NCBI RefSeq assembly: GCF_023055435.1
Contig: NW_025964112.1
Coordinates: 41,664,001 to 41,728,000 of the forward strand
Direction: 5' to 3'
Length of the DNA: 64,000 nt
DNA from: Haliotis rufescens
Taxonomy: Eukaryota
The translations under genes and the position numbers were made by a program. The stretch's first letter is position 1, and each line of letters begins with the position of its first letter. Shown here one piece after another: positions 37,877 through 50,824 of the stretch. The notes beneath the pieces are model-generated. The model was not told the origin of the DNA and did no database searches. It saw only the letters and a list, made by a program, of their open reading frames with translations.

Positions 37877-38044
37877 TGAGTTTGAATGAGTTTTGTTTTA
37901 CACCGCTTTTAACAATATTCCAGCAATATCATGGCGGGGGACACCAGAAATGGGCTTCACACATTGTCCCCATGTCGGGAATCGAACCCGGGTCTTCGGC
38001 GTGACGAGCGAACACTTTAACCACTAGGCTACCCGACCGCCCCC
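37877..38044 (-). mobile_element. SINE family A, full-length
   Basis: Near-identical to the 48895 copy; TSD ATTTTAATACAG on both sides. Confidence 0.92.
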
Positions 38045-38572
38045 ATTTTAATACAGCCATCAATTGCAGGAAGATTGTAAGAAGAATTATACCATGCAGA
38101 TACTGGCTTCAGAAGCAACATCATAATGTGATACAAGCCATGCAGACTTACTGACAGTGAGTTAGTGAATGGGCCTGTATGCCATGGTCACTTGCACAAC
38201 AGTCTATGATGTGAGTGAATTTTAGCATATAAATATGAAGTGCAAATAGAATCATTTTCAACTTAAAGCCAAAATATGACAACCACTGAATGTGCAAAGT
38301 AAGTTGGTGATTAGTGAAGCAGTTTTATTCACAATCACATGCCATTACTGGTTCCAGTTCTTATTCTAGTTCCTGATTATTCAAGCAAATTATTCAATGT
38401 TAAGTCTGCAAATACTCAGTCAATCGTGTTAGATTTGTATATCCCTTGAAACCAAAGGAACTGACTTGTAAAAAGAAGTTGTTCATTTGAAACAAAATAA
38501 CACAACATTGTTAATCATAGTTATTACATTTATTTCACAATAATTTAACATGCTTGAAGAATATCTTTATAC

Positions 38573-38677
38573 CAAGCTAGCATTCTTGGTGGCAGCCATG
38601 GCAGTTTTGAGGGTCAAAGGGTCAGCAATAGACTTGACCTTGCCCTTGGACTCCTGAAAGTCTTTCTTGTACTGAGT
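38573..38677 (-). CDS. Lasp: Nebulin-repeat exon TQYKKDFQESKGKVKSIADPLTLKTAMAATKNASL
   Basis: 105 nt, CAG acceptor, GTATAA donor, phase 0-0, YKKDF nebulin core. Confidence 0.93.
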
Positions 38678-39127
38678 CTGGGAATTGATGATGAATAATT
38701 CATGTTCATGACTTATGTAAAACACACATTTATTACATGCAAACAGATTATCTAGACTTGTATAGCTGGCCAGTCCTTGTTTTATCCCCTTCACAGAATG
38801 CCAGGATAACAACAAGTACCATCTTTTACTGTCTTTTGGTATGACACAGCTGTGGATCAAACCACCAGGCTGACGCTCTATCAGGTTTTACTGAGTACTG
38901 ACAAACAAAAAGTAAATGTTTTAGTTTCGTTACCAGAAGCTGAGAGATAATATACTTTGCACTGATGGCAAATAAAATGGTTATATGTTTGTCTCATACA
39001 GGTTAAGAGACAAATCTTCAAAATTCATCATACATCAAAAGTATTTTATCTCAGAGATTACATGAGACACAATAAAGCAGCATTTTTTAAAGGGTTTTAA
39101 TATCATATTTATCATCATCAACCATAC

Positions 39128-39232
39128 CGTGCTAAGGTTCTTTGTGTTTTCAAGACATTTCCTGACCGACATGGGATCAACCACCGTCGTGTAGTTTCCC
39201 TTGGTCTTCTCGAAGTCAGCATGGTACACATT
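39128..39232 (-). CDS. Lasp: Nebulin-repeat exon NVYHADFEKTKGNYTTVVDPMSVRKCLENTKNLST (cluster)
   Basis: 105 nt, TAG acceptor, GTATGG donor, phase 0-0. Confidence 0.92.
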
Positions 39233-39495
39233 CTAACAGTAACAAATTAGACATTAAAACCTTCATCAGATGAACTGCAGCAAGCTTGGACACCTACTTC
39301 CTGTTTAGACTAGACAAGGTGGACGGACCAAATATTTTGTCTTTTTTTTCAACAACTTAGGATTCCCAGTACATGTTAATTTAAACTGGTGAGCAATTCC
39401 TATAGAGTATTCAAAGCACACAATTAAAACACCTTTAATTCCTTCCTACTGAAATCTACAGCTATCACAACACAACACAAGGGTTTACCCCATAC

Positions 39496-39600
39496 CGCAC
39501 TAAGATTCTTGGTATTCTCAAGACACTTCTTCATGACCAGGGGATCCACAACCGTAGTATAGTCACTTTTGGTCCTCTCAAAATCAGCATGGTACCGAGT
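39496..39600 (-). CDS. Lasp: Nebulin-repeat exon TRYHADFERTKSDYTTVVDPLVMKKCLENTKNLSA (cluster)
   Basis: 105 nt, TAG acceptor, GTATGG donor, phase 0-0. Confidence 0.92.
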
Positions 39601-40139
39601 CTAGCTCAACGAAACCAATCAGAAATTAATCTGGTTCAAAAACATTGAAAGAACAAACTCGGCTTCCTAAGCCTGACAGACTTTTAACAACTGAACTACC
39701 AATTGATGCATTACAGGCTAGAGTTTTCAGCCACTAAGTACTATTCGAGCAATATCACTGTGGGGGAACCAAATATGGGCTTCACACGTTGTATCGAACT
39801 GGTAAATCAATGTTCCCGTGTGAATGTTTAACCACAAGGTCACCCAATTGACCAAATGCTACATCTACAAGCCATGCTACAAGCTCTTGAATAAGCTTTT
39901 GAGAAAGTTGATATTATCCTTTGAACTTTTAAAGATTCCCTCGACATGCATCTCAACACCAACAAAGTCCGCAAGTGAACAAGGAGTGGCAGCAATATTG
40001 AGCAGTATACAATGTGCCCATATTTGCAAATGAAGCCTCGTCTTATTTTGGCCCAATATCCTAGTGACAGTGCAACTACTTCTACGGCTAAGTTTCTACA
40101 AGACATCACAACATCTACTAAACAAACTACGCTGCATAC

Positions 40140-40244
40140 CGAACTTAGATTCTTGGTACTTTCAAGACATTTCTTCATAACCAGGGGATCCACAACCGTA
40201 GTGTAGTCACTTTTGGTCTTCTCAAAATCCGCATGGTAGGCACT
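40140..40244 (-). CDS. Lasp: Nebulin-repeat exon SAYHADFEKTKSDYTTVVDPLVMKKCLESTKNLSS (cluster)
   Basis: 105 nt, CAG acceptor, GTATGC donor, phase 0-0. Confidence 0.92.
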
Positions 40245-40673
40245 CTGGCACAAGTAAACCAATCTGTTATAAGATTTATTTAAGTGGTTGAAACCATCTA
40301 GGTCCAACTCCACGAACACATCAGCGAAAGTAGCCATGCAACAGTGTGCAAGCTCTTGAACAAGTCTTTCAGAACACGTTAAGTGACGTTTTACACTATT
40401 TTAGCAATATTCCCATTGGGGAATCAAAAATAGGATTCGACACGACAAACAAACACTTTAACCACCAGACCCAATACACCCTTAAGAACAGAATAAAGTT
40501 GTCTTTAATGATTCTCAAATTGTTTCAAGAGGTTTGGTAGAAACACTAATTCTCTGCATCAGGCAATATAAGAAACTGAGACAAGGCGATCCCAAATCAA
40601 AATTTGACTTTAGCAGATTTCTGATCTAACTACAACAAAACAACAGCTAGGTGCTCATTGAACTTCATCATAC

Positions 40674-40778
40674 CACGCTAAGATTCTTGGTACTTTCAAG
40701 ACATTTCTTCATGACCAGGGGATCCACAATCGTAGTATAGTCACTTTTCGTCCTCTCAAAATCAGCATGGTAGGCACT
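40674..40778 (-). CDS. Lasp: Nebulin-repeat exon SAYHADFERTKSDYTTIVDPLVMKKCLESTKNLSV (cluster)
   Basis: 105 nt, CAG acceptor, GTATGA donor, phase 0-0. Confidence 0.92.
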
Positions 40779-41131
40779 CTGACATAATGAAACCCATATG
40801 TTATTAATCTTTTATCAATCTGTTCATGTTGTATTATCTAACAAACTCCTGGTTGAGTCTATACCTTCTTCACATCAGCAACAGAAGCCATGCTACAGTG
40901 TGCCTGACTTTGACTGGACTGAGTTTTTTGGCTTGACAACACATATCTACCTTTCATGATTCTCAATAATTATTTTAAGAGGTCATTGCAGGACAAATTT
41001 CTTGAAAATGTGAATGATTTTGTAGATGCATCAAGACTCTGCTTCAGACAATATGGGCACTGGAGACATGGCGATACCAAATCTAAACTACGACAACACA
41101 ACAGCGACGTGCCAATAGAACAGCATCATAC

Positions 41132-41236
41132 CGCACTAAGATTCCTGGTACTTTCAAGACATTTCTTCATGACCAGGGGATCCACAACCGTAGTATAGTC
41201 ACTTTTCGTCCTCTCAAAATCAGCATGGTAGGCACT
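41132..41236 (-). CDS. Lasp: Nebulin-repeat exon SAYHADFERTKSDYTTVVDPLVMKKCLESTRNLSA (cluster)
   Basis: 105 nt, CAG acceptor, GTATGA donor, phase 0-0. Confidence 0.92.
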
Positions 41237-41627
41237 CTGGCACAAGGAAACCCATATGTTATTAATCTGTTCCTGTTGTATTATCTCACAACCTGCGTCA
41301 AACTCCTGGTTGACTCCAAACCTTCTTCACATCAGCAACAGAAGCCATTCTACAGTGTGCCAGCTCTTGTACTAATCTGTGATTTTTGGCTCGACAAGCA
41401 AGCACTTAAACAACCAATATTCCCTCCACCATCCCCAATAACAGCAAATATCTAGCTTTCATGACTCGGAATAATTATTTTAAGAGGTCATTGCAGGACA
41501 AAATTCTTGAAAATGTGAATGATTTTGTAGATGCAACAAGACTCTGCTACGTAAACAAACTTGTGAGCAGATTTCTGATGTAACTTCGACAACACAACAG
41601 TGACGTGCTAATTGAACTTTATCATAC

Positions 41628-41732
41628 CACGCTAAGATTCTTGGTACTCTCAAGACATTTCTTCATGACCAGGGGATCCACAATCGTAGTATAGTCACTT
41701 TTCGTCCTCTCAAAATCAGCATGGTAGGCACT
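41628..41732 (-). CDS. Lasp: Nebulin-repeat exon SAYHADFERTKSDYTTIVDPLVMKKCLESTKNLSV (cluster; same peptide as exon 40674)
   Basis: 105 nt, CAG acceptor, GTATGA donor, phase 0-0. Confidence 0.92.
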
Positions 41733-42163
41733 CTGGCACAAGGAAATCAATCAGAAATGAACCTTTCACTGACATGTGATAACTTTGATATCCACCAACA
41801 GCTTATACCTACCGTAATATCATGGTAACAAACAATGCTACAGTGTGCTAAAACATTCAAGTCTTATTCCAGTCAACCACCATACAAATACACATGTCGC
41901 ACACCAAGTGCTTTCAAACAACAACAGCTGAGCCTCTCATATGTTTCCAGTGATGTTGAAAACAGATCAGCAATCATATGAATTATGATCATGATAACAG
42001 TTAGTAGCCAAAAAACTTTTGATAAGTACATAATACATTCCATATTTGGATTTGAAACTTGCCCTGTGATGGCCAACCACCCAATTGTGACTTGAGACAG
42101 TGGACTACATATACTGACTTCACACAAACACCACAACATATATCTGGCACCACTGCATCATAC

Positions 42164-42268
42164 CGCACTTAGATTCCTGGTGTTTTCAAGGCATTTCTTC
42201 AGGTGGAGGGGATCTACAACCGTAGTATAGTCACTTTTGCTCTTCTCAAAATCCGCACGATACAGAGT
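42164..42268 (-). CDS. Lasp: Nebulin-repeat exon TLYRADFEKSKSDYTTVVDPLHLKKCLENTRNLSA (cluster)
   Basis: 105 nt, CAG acceptor, GTATGA donor, phase 0-0. Confidence 0.92.
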
Positions 42269-42284
42269 CTGGCATAAGGAATCA

Positions 42285-42599
42285 TGAATGAGTGAGTATG
42301 GTTTTACGCCACTTTTAGCAATATTACAGTTGGGACACGAGAAATGGGATAACACATCATACCCATGTGGGAAATTGAACCCGGGCTTTTGGTGTAACAA
42401 GCTAACGCTTTAACTAATAGTCTGAATGAGTGAGTGAGTGAGTATGGTTTTCAACGCTTTTAGCAATATTCCAGCAATATCACGGCGTGGGACACCAGAA
42501 ATGGGCTTCACACATTGTAGCCATGTCGGGAATCAAACCCGGGTCTTCGGTGTGACGAGCAAACGTTAAAACCACTAGGCTACCCGACCGCTCCTCACC
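42285..42599 (-). mobile_element. Two adjacent SINE A copies (about 42285-42418 and 42431-42599)
   Basis: Both match the family consensus. The second has TSD AGTCTGAATGAG and sits at the head of the first. Confidence 0.88.
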
Positions 42600-43137
42600 A
42601 GTCTGAATGAGCATGAATGAGTTATGCGTGAGTAGAGAATCTATTACAACAAAATGTTGAAAGAACAGCTTTTGGGCAAACATGTTACAACCGACAGAAC
42701 ACAAATCTACCACAACGGCACATCAACAAGCCATGCTACAGTGTGCAAGCCCTGGCATATGCACTCCAGAAAAGATGATACTCTCTAATAGTTCCAAGAT
42801 GAAACAACTGAAATAGGTCAATACAAGGACGAAAAGCACTGAATTAACAGTGAGTGAATGAATGGGTTTAACATGGCTTAGCTTGTTTCAGTTATATCAT
42901 ACTGACTTCGAGCCAACCAGTCTTTGTTTTATCAAGTTAATGATGAACCGGTGACAGGTACCTTCCTTTAACGTATTTTGTTACGACATGGCTTGGGATT
43001 GAACCACCGATCTTCTGTTCTCCAGGCAGAACCTCTATCCACTTGACCATGGAGGCAGTCTCATACAAGAGAATCAAGCTGCCCTGGGTGATTGTGCTAC
43101 TCAATTGTGGTCAATACAACATCATCAACCATTCTAC

Positions 43138-43246
43138 CCAACCAAATTTAATTCCTTGTGTTATTTCAAGACATTCTTCCATTAATGTGAATCTGCAAAA
43201 CCATTAGTAATGTCCGCTTCTCTAAATGAGCATGACACACAGATTA
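43138..43246 (-). pseudogene. Decayed copy (pseudo-exon) of the cluster nebulin-repeat exon
   Basis: On the + strand, ATTCCTTGTGTTATTTCAAGACATTCTTC and CTTCTCTAAATGAGCATGACACACAGATT align with ATTCCTGGTGTTTTCAAGACATTTCTTC and CCTCTCAAAATCAGCATGGTACAGATT of exon 44464. It has indels and no acceptor AG at the homologous position. Confidence 0.65.
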
Positions 43247-43519
43247 TCATACAACACAGCAGGCAGTATGGACTCTTAAGCTACAATGTTGTCAAAAGAC
43301 TAAGCGCCAATGTCTGGTGCCTATTTTCTGCCATGAAGACATCGTAACTAATACCATGACATTGTTTCAGTATAGTTAGTGTCGTCAGTAACTGCTCAAA
43401 TGGTATACATTCTAAAACTAGCACCCCAAGAAAGAATCATTAAACCTTGTGGGTAGGACTGTCAATTAGCCGAGCCTAGATCCCCTTTAAATTAGAACAA
43501 AGTGACATAACTATCAGTG

Positions 43520-44015
43520 ACAAATATAACACAAATGGTTCCTATTCCAAATACAGCTCTGATGATTCCTCATATTTCTGATACACCTCAGATGGTTCCA
43601 TATATTCCAAATACAATTCAGATGGTTCCTCATATTCCAAATACTGCTCTGATAGTTCTCCATATTCCAATTACAGCTCTGATGGTTTTCCATAGTCCAA
43701 ATACAGCTCTGATGGTTCTCCACATTCCAAATACAGCTCTGATGGTTCCATATATTCCAAATACAGCTCTGATGGTTCTCCACATTCCAAATACAGCTCT
43801 TATGGTTCTCCATATTCCAAATACAGCTCTGATGGTTCTCCATATTCCAAATACAGCTCTGATGGTTCTCCATATTCCAAATACAGCTCTGATGGTTCTC
43901 CACATTCCACATACAGCTCTGATGGTTCTCCATATTCCACATACAGCTCTGATGGTTTTCCATAGTCCACATACAGCTCTGATGGTTTCTCATTTTTCCA
44001 AATACAGCTCAGATT
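43520..44015. repeat. 30-bp minisatellite, about 16 copies (GATGGTTCTCCATATTCCAAATACAGCTCT)
   Basis: Direct inspection. Confidence 0.95.
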
Positions 44016-44463
44016 ATATCCTCATACACATATAAATGACCAAAGAAGGTTCAGCACGAAGGACAAAATATTTTTCCTTGGTCTCAAACCAGAACATTAG
44101 ACACTGTGCAGCAAACTCAGAGTAAAAGTATAAATAAAAGGAACTAGACCATCCAAAGATTTGTTTCCAACATCTTCAAACATATTTTACACTTTGGCTA
44201 AATGCGGATTTAACACATAAAACATATGCTGGGAATCAAACCATTATTCCATGAATGAACACATTATCCGCTGGGCTACAGTCACATCCACAAAGCATTG
44301 CTTTGAAGCCTGTATAACTGTTGTATGGCTGAATATGACAAGTTGCAGTATATTTGCAGCGAATAATGGACACTGGCTTTGCTATTAGCAAGCATGCTAC
44401 TATCTATGCGGCTATCGCCGAGATGCTGCACTAGTACAATACAACAGCATTATTTACCCATAC

Positions 44464-44568
44464 CGAACTCAAATTCCTGGTGTTTTCAAGACATTTCTTC
44501 ACATGGAGAGGATCGACAACTGTTGTATAATCACCTTTGGTCCTCTCAAAATCAGCATGGTACAGATT
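44464..44568 (-). CDS. Lasp: Nebulin-repeat exon NLYHADFERTKGDYTTVVDPLHVKKCLENTRNLSS (cluster)
   Basis: 105 nt, TAG acceptor, GTATGG donor, phase 0-0. Confidence 0.92.
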
Positions 44569-44915
44569 CTAGCACAAGGGATATATACCAGTATACTGTT
44601 GCATAGTTTGTAGCCATTATAATTGATTTTGATTTTACAAATACAAAGAAAATTGTTTTTCATTTCAATCGGAACATCACACTTAAATAATGCTACACTT
44701 TGTTAAAACTAGTGAACAGTTAATCTGAGTAGCATACACATATTTATAACAGATTTAATTTGAACATTTCAGTAACATATCTCCATTGAACTACCAGAAT
44801 AGGTTACTGGTATCCACAAGACAAGGCCTTAAGGTGTCATCAACATATAGACTTATATTACCCAAAGGGAGACAACTTGGTCATATAACAGTTAACACAA
44901 TAAAAGCGTAGCTAC

Positions 44916-45020
44916 CACGCTGGCATTCTTGGAGTTCTGTAGAAGCTGTTGCAGTCCATTGGGGTCAGCAATGACGGTGTAGATGCTCTTGCTCTTCTCA
45001 AACGCGCTGTGGTACTGATT
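44916..45020 (-). CDS. Lasp: Nebulin-repeat exon NQYHSAFEKSKSIYTVIADPNGLQQLLQNSKNASV
   Basis: 105 nt, TAG acceptor, GTAGCT donor, phase 0-0. Confidence 0.92.
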
Positions 45021-48000
45021 CTAGTGACATCAGACAAACAACTAACTATTCAGGAAAGCCATCAAACTTTAAGACAAAAAATGATTAAGAAAATAAGTAT
45101 TAAAAAATGTGATCTTCCTAGCGATAAAGACGATGGTAGAATCATTGATGTTGATAATGACGACGATGATGGTGATGTTGCAAGGCCTTATTTGTTATGC
45201 ATTATATATTTGTGTGTACCCATTTAATTCATCTCAGATGCTCTGAAGAAATCTTTAGGTCCTGATGGTGTAAGGATTTGTCTCATATGGTGTTGACGGT
45301 TTTCCTTCACAATTGTATAAATCATAAAATGAGAACACACAAACTGTCCCAAACACATCAAGGCGTCAAAGTTCAACAAATATACATACAATACATGTAT
45401 ATTTCAACCATATTTACAAAATACATACACACAATTTTTTAGTACAAAAATATAAAAAATAATTTACAAATATATAAACAGGATTCATCTTTAAATACTT
45501 GTGTCTTGTGATGTTCAGGATACTACATCTAAAATGGAAGGAAACCATGCAGTCACTCTACCGCTGAACACAGTTACCCAATAAGAGTTGTCTCCCTTTA
45601 TTCAACCTCCGCAAGCCTGAAAGAGCAAGTAGGTCAAGCCCTGAAAAATCAAGAGTGAATAATTACCCCAAAAATGGCAAATATTTCTTAATGTGTATTC
45701 TGAATGTGCATCCATGCGTACAATTAAAATATCGTGACAACCAGAGCTTATCCAACAATGTTCATTATCTAGGTTTTATGACAAGATAAAATGAGGGACA
45801 AAACATTTCAATGATGAGGCTCCATTTACTTTTCTGCTGAAAGGCACATTTGACCATAGCATCATCTGCTGAATTGGTTAAGCATACATTATGCATCGTA
45901 AGCAAAGAGCAACATAGCCTTCAGCATATACACAACCCATACAGGTATATGTGCTTAAAATCACCTTGTTTGCTACCACATTGATTCTAATCATCTCGCT
46001 CAACTCAGCAATCATTCAATTTCTCCAGAAATAAGCAGAGAAAATATCAAATAATTACCACCAGATGGCAACAAACACTTTGGCCTGCACAAGGGGGCCA
46101 TATTTACTCTCACACAACACAAGCAACATGGCTAATTTTGTCTTCCATCAAATCAATACAGATGCAGCAAAGACAATCTCTAAACCGTGTGAAAAGCAAT
46201 TTCATCTCTGTCATAGCACATCACTGAGATACGAAAGTCTGGGCCTAGACTGTCCGGCTTACGTTCAGGTTCACTGGGAAGACATCAGCACACTTGCATT
46301 CCTATTGCTAATATGGGGCAACCTAAGAGCACTTAATTTTAACAACTTATTCTGCAATTTTATGTAATAGGTACGTGTAACAGCCAGAAAATCAATGAAA
46401 GTAATTCACTTTTTTTACATATTTTATAGATTCTCTTTAAGAGATGAGCAAATGAGTTTGCTTTTATCTTCAAGCAATATTGCTGCTTTCAGGCTCTGAA
46501 TGGGTGAGTCTTTGAGTGAGTTTGATGTCATATGCCACTTTTAGCAACATTTCAGCCATATCACAGACTGGGACACAAGAATTAGACTTTACACGGAATA
46601 CATGGATTAACCATGTTGGGAACCAAACTCGGCATTAAGATTCTGAACACCTAAACCTTCACCCCACCATCCCTCAGACTAAGAATAAGCTTCAGACATC
46701 TACCTATGTGTGGAATCAAACTACAAATTGACTGACAAGTGAGTGAGTGAGTGAGTGAGTATGGTTTTACGCCGCTTTTAGCAATATTCCTGCAATAACA
46801 CGGCGGGAGACACCAGAAATGGGCTTCACTCAGTGAACCCATGTTGGGAATCGAACACGAGTCTTTGGCTCTGACTGACAAGCATGTCATTTACCACAAA
46901 GTCAACCATATAAAATGTTTAACAGATGTTATAAAGAAAAGTCAGTGGAAAGACTGCACCACAAATTTCAGTCTCATTCTACCTTAAGGTTTATTTTCAC
47001 TCTAGTGCATAGTAAATACAGCAGTAACATATATCATTAACTTTTATTAATGTCTTCAGCTCCCATGAGTTCATAATTAAGCTGCCAAACTATGTGAGGT
47101 GAGGTGAGGTGAGGTGTGGTGAGGTGAGGTGAGGTGAGGTGAGGTGAGGTGAGCTTAACATCACAACCAAGATTATTGCACTTTTACAGTAACATGTATG
47201 CACACATATGTGTGTATGTTGCGACTTGTTCTAGTCCAGACTAATGCCAGTTTTATGATGCTAGCCCACTGAGATACCATGAATACCCCACTCAGACACA
47301 GTATACTGACTCCGAGCTGACCAGTCCTTATTCTATCCCTTAATGCTGAGCACTAGGCAGGGTAACAACAAGCACCATCATTTAACATCTTTTGGTATGA
47401 CATTCGGGGATCAATGACCAGTGCAAAACAATTCAACTCTGGCATAGGACAAGACTCACTCCCAGAAAAGTGCTCCCAGAGGAATGTTCTAATTACTTTT
47501 CTTTCAATTTCATGTTAATTGATCTGTTAATGTTAGCAGGTCAGGAAACCGGTTGACCTGGAACTGAACAGAAGCTACTACTGAGCTGCTTCTGAGGTAG
47601 ATAGGTGGTAAGCAGGACAATTACAGCTCACATAGGCCTCATCTCCAAGAAACGTCAGGTGGTAATTGGCTCCCATATTGTTCAAGGTTGCTGGGATGGA
47701 CTGGTGGAGCTACCTCATAATGCTGCGTGGACACTTATAGATTTATGACATTGGCGGAGAACAGAGTCTCAGATGAAGGATCGCAATATGGACTAACCCT
47801 GATTGTTTCGCGATGCATACAAATGTTATTGAATTGGTTACTGAGGTCCTGGCAGTCTAGCAGATAATTGCATACAGATCCTGTGCTTCTATACTATTCC
47901 ACTTTCGATAGGAATATTTTTTTCTTTCCATGATACACCAAACTGATTATAATATGTGTAGTGCATATTTAAATATATCTGACATATTTAATAGTTGAGT

Positions 48001-48306
48001 GTGAGAATTAGGATATACACTGGTGCCCATGTAGAAAAATTTGATAGCACTAGATTGAATTTAGACTGAGTTGGGTTTAACATTGCTTTGAACAGTATTC
48101 TAGTTATATCATGGCAAGTCAGTTTGATGTTGGAGGAAATATGTTGTGTGACAAACCTAGAAACATAATCAGGACCAACCGGGATTCGAATCCATCATCA
48201 CTAAACTATTTAAATGAATATCATAGGTTGTTGATTTCAGTTAAGGAAGAAATAATAAATAAAGTCTGTCACTGTATGTGCCCAAACATTGTTTTACATC
48301 ATTATA

Positions 48307-48433
48307 TGCTACTCAAAAGAAGTTAAGGACCACCCAACTCGATCATATTACTATAATTAATGTGTCATGGAAAGACAGATTAACTATAGAAACATGAAAG
48401 AATCTGGTAGTCCTTAACTTCTTTTGAGTAGTA
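48307..48433. mobile_element. MITE-2, an approximately 125-bp palindromic Tc1-like element. Copies at about 4981-5087, 17141-17265, 20277-20401 and 25833-25928, with a partial copy at about 58380-58449
   Basis: TIR CTACTCAAAAGAAGTTAAG / CTTAACTTCTTTTGAGTAG, an internal palindrome and TA-rich flanks. Confidence 0.82.
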
Positions 48434-48894
48434 TACTTTATTTGCATGTGGAAATCTCCTGTGATGTCATCTACTGCTTTTCAGAGGTTTCTGGCCAAAC
48501 CTGTGGTTGACAAAATGATTAATTACATAACCAACCAGATCCCACTGTAACCTACCAATTCTCATTGGTCTGCTCATAGGACATATCGAGGTTCCAAAAC
48601 ATTATGAACTGGGAACATATTCTAAATATAATACACTGCAATATTCTTTTGCATTTATGTTTCCATTGACCAGAAATAAATATGCCATTCCCACTAACGG
48701 ACGACTGTTTCCTCATTGGCTGATAATAGAAGGGGCGGGGCTTGTGTGGGATTATTGCGCTGAATGATGTCATCTATTTCGTACTGTTGTCTACAGTTTT
48801 TGCGTGTTCATGATTAAATAAGCAGTCTGTGAAGTTCTCATTGCCGACGTATGTACTTATAAGAATTGATTTCCATATGTTTTAGCCTTTATGG

Positions 48895-49063
48895 TGAGTG
48901 AGTGAGTGAGTTTGGTTTTACGCCGCTTTTAGCACTATCCCCGCAATATCACGACAGGGGACACCAGAAATGGGCTTCACACATTGTACCCATGTCGGGA
49001 TTCGAACCCGGGTCTTCGGCGTGACGAGCGAGCGCTTTAACCACTAGGCTTCCCGACCGCCCC
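48895..49063 (-). mobile_element. SINE family A, full-length: tRNA(Asp)-like head, (ACTC)n tail
   Basis: A-box-like AGCCTAGTGG, GTC anticodon-like loop and B box GGTTCGAATCCC. 14-bp TSD TTTAGCCTTTATGG at 48881-48894 and 49064-49077. Confidence 0.92.
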
Positions 49064-50719
49064 TTTAGCCTTTATGGAGTTATAAACATAAAAACCTATG
49101 TGCACACTGTGCATAAATTTCCATTGTGGATTTACATAGTACGCACATCATTTCTTATGTTTGTACCTCCAGAAACGCAACGATATTGATGTTAATTATT
49201 AACACAGGAACATCTTCTGGGTCAAGGACTGTTGAAACCTAAACCAACAACAAGAAGCATTTTGATGGGCCCTTGTATATTCTGGATCTGGTGAATCATG
49301 AAAACATAAACTCATGCATGATAGTCAAAGTGCTAAGCTTGAGGAACAAGTCCTTATTACCAGAACAGTTAAGCATCAACTGCTTGTGATGCAGTATAAA
49401 GGGGTATGACATAAACAACATGATCCTTGTGAGACAAAGTCTCAACTCTCATCATGTCTCTGCTCAGCTTTGAACATGGAATGAGAACACATGGTGAACA
49501 CATGGTCAGGATGGTGAAGGCCAACCCCATCGGAGACAGAGGCTGGCTACTTGTGTTTCTGCTTTCACAAAATGTCTGTCATTTCAATGTCAAGTAGTAT
49601 CGCCATGTGAAAATTCAGCTGCATCATAGAATGGTTAATTCAGATGACAATGCTCATGTGACCCCTAATGTTTATATGTCGCTTGACACAGCAATATCCC
49701 CGCTATATGACGGCGGTTTGTAAATTATTGAGTCTGGACCAGACAATCCAGTGATTGACATCATGAGCAATGATCTACGCAATCGGGATACAAAGACATG
49801 CATCCACGAAGTCAGTGAGCCTTACCACCCGATCCCATTAGTCACCTCTTACAACAAGCATGAGTTGCTGAAGGTTAATTCTATCCAGTATGGGGGCGTG
49901 ACCTTGTATGGCTGCCTTGGAAGTTATTTCTGCAACAGATATCTCCTATACCTAAATGAAACATAAACTTTATTTGAAATATTGAAACAGTTTGTCGCGA
50001 AGGCTGCACAGTGTGAATAGTTGAAAATCTGACTCTCTGTTGCGATATATCGTAACCAAGCAGTGTGTATCGTTGCCACATATGAACTTGACTGAAAATT
50101 AAAGGGGATTGGATGTTTTTTATGTGTGATCTGGGCAATCATGTGTCATCATATTATGATAGTTGCCATTACAGAATATTTAAAGGGATTGGATGCATAG
50201 GATAGTTTCTGTGACAGATGATTAATGGGGATTGGATGGATATGACAGTGTCTGTGATAGCAGATTAAAGAGGATTGGATGGATATGGCAGTTTCCGTAA
50301 TAGCAGATTAAGGGTGATCAGATGGTTATTAAGTGTGATCTGGTTGATCAAGCATCATCATATTATGATAGCTTACGAAAGAGAAGACAAAAAGGAGAAT
50401 GGGTGGCTATTGCATGTCATCTGTTCATGCATCATCATATTGTCATACACTGTGCTCATGCTATCAACCACTGGTTTTGCTGATCCAGAATCAATCACTT
50501 CACAGGCCTCAATACCATACCTGTTATGTTGTGGACTATGACGAAAACCCTATATCTATTAACACACTCAATCCATCTATATTGGGTTTTTTTTCAACTT
50601 TACTTTCCATGCACATATTTCTTCCTTGATTAAAGGAAACTAAAAGGTAAGCACAGCACACATTTGAGGGTGTACTACCGGCACCCTCCCTCAGTAAACC
50701 ATGCCTGGGTGTTAGTTAC

Positions 50720-50824
50720 CAGACTGGCATTCTTGGTGTTAAGCATGTGGCGCTGTAGCTCAGGGTTATCAGGTATCACTGTATATGAGGACTTGAACCT
50801 CTCGAACTCACTATGGTACTGTAC
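50720..50824 (-). CDS. Lasp: Nebulin-repeat exon VQYHSEFERFKSSYTVIPDNPELQRHMLNTKNASL
   Basis: 105 nt, TAG acceptor, GTAACT donor, phase 0-0, PDNPE motif. Confidence 0.94.

Noticed and set aside
42040-42049. Perfect CArG box CCATATTTGG
   Set aside because: A single 10-mer in 64 kb of AT-rich DNA is expected by chance.
48990-49063. tRNA-Asp-like sequence (also 37970-38044, and the tRNA-like head at 52925-52995)
   Set aside because: These are SINE heads. The acceptor stem is not closed, each continues into a SINE body and tail, and the elements are flanked by TSDs.
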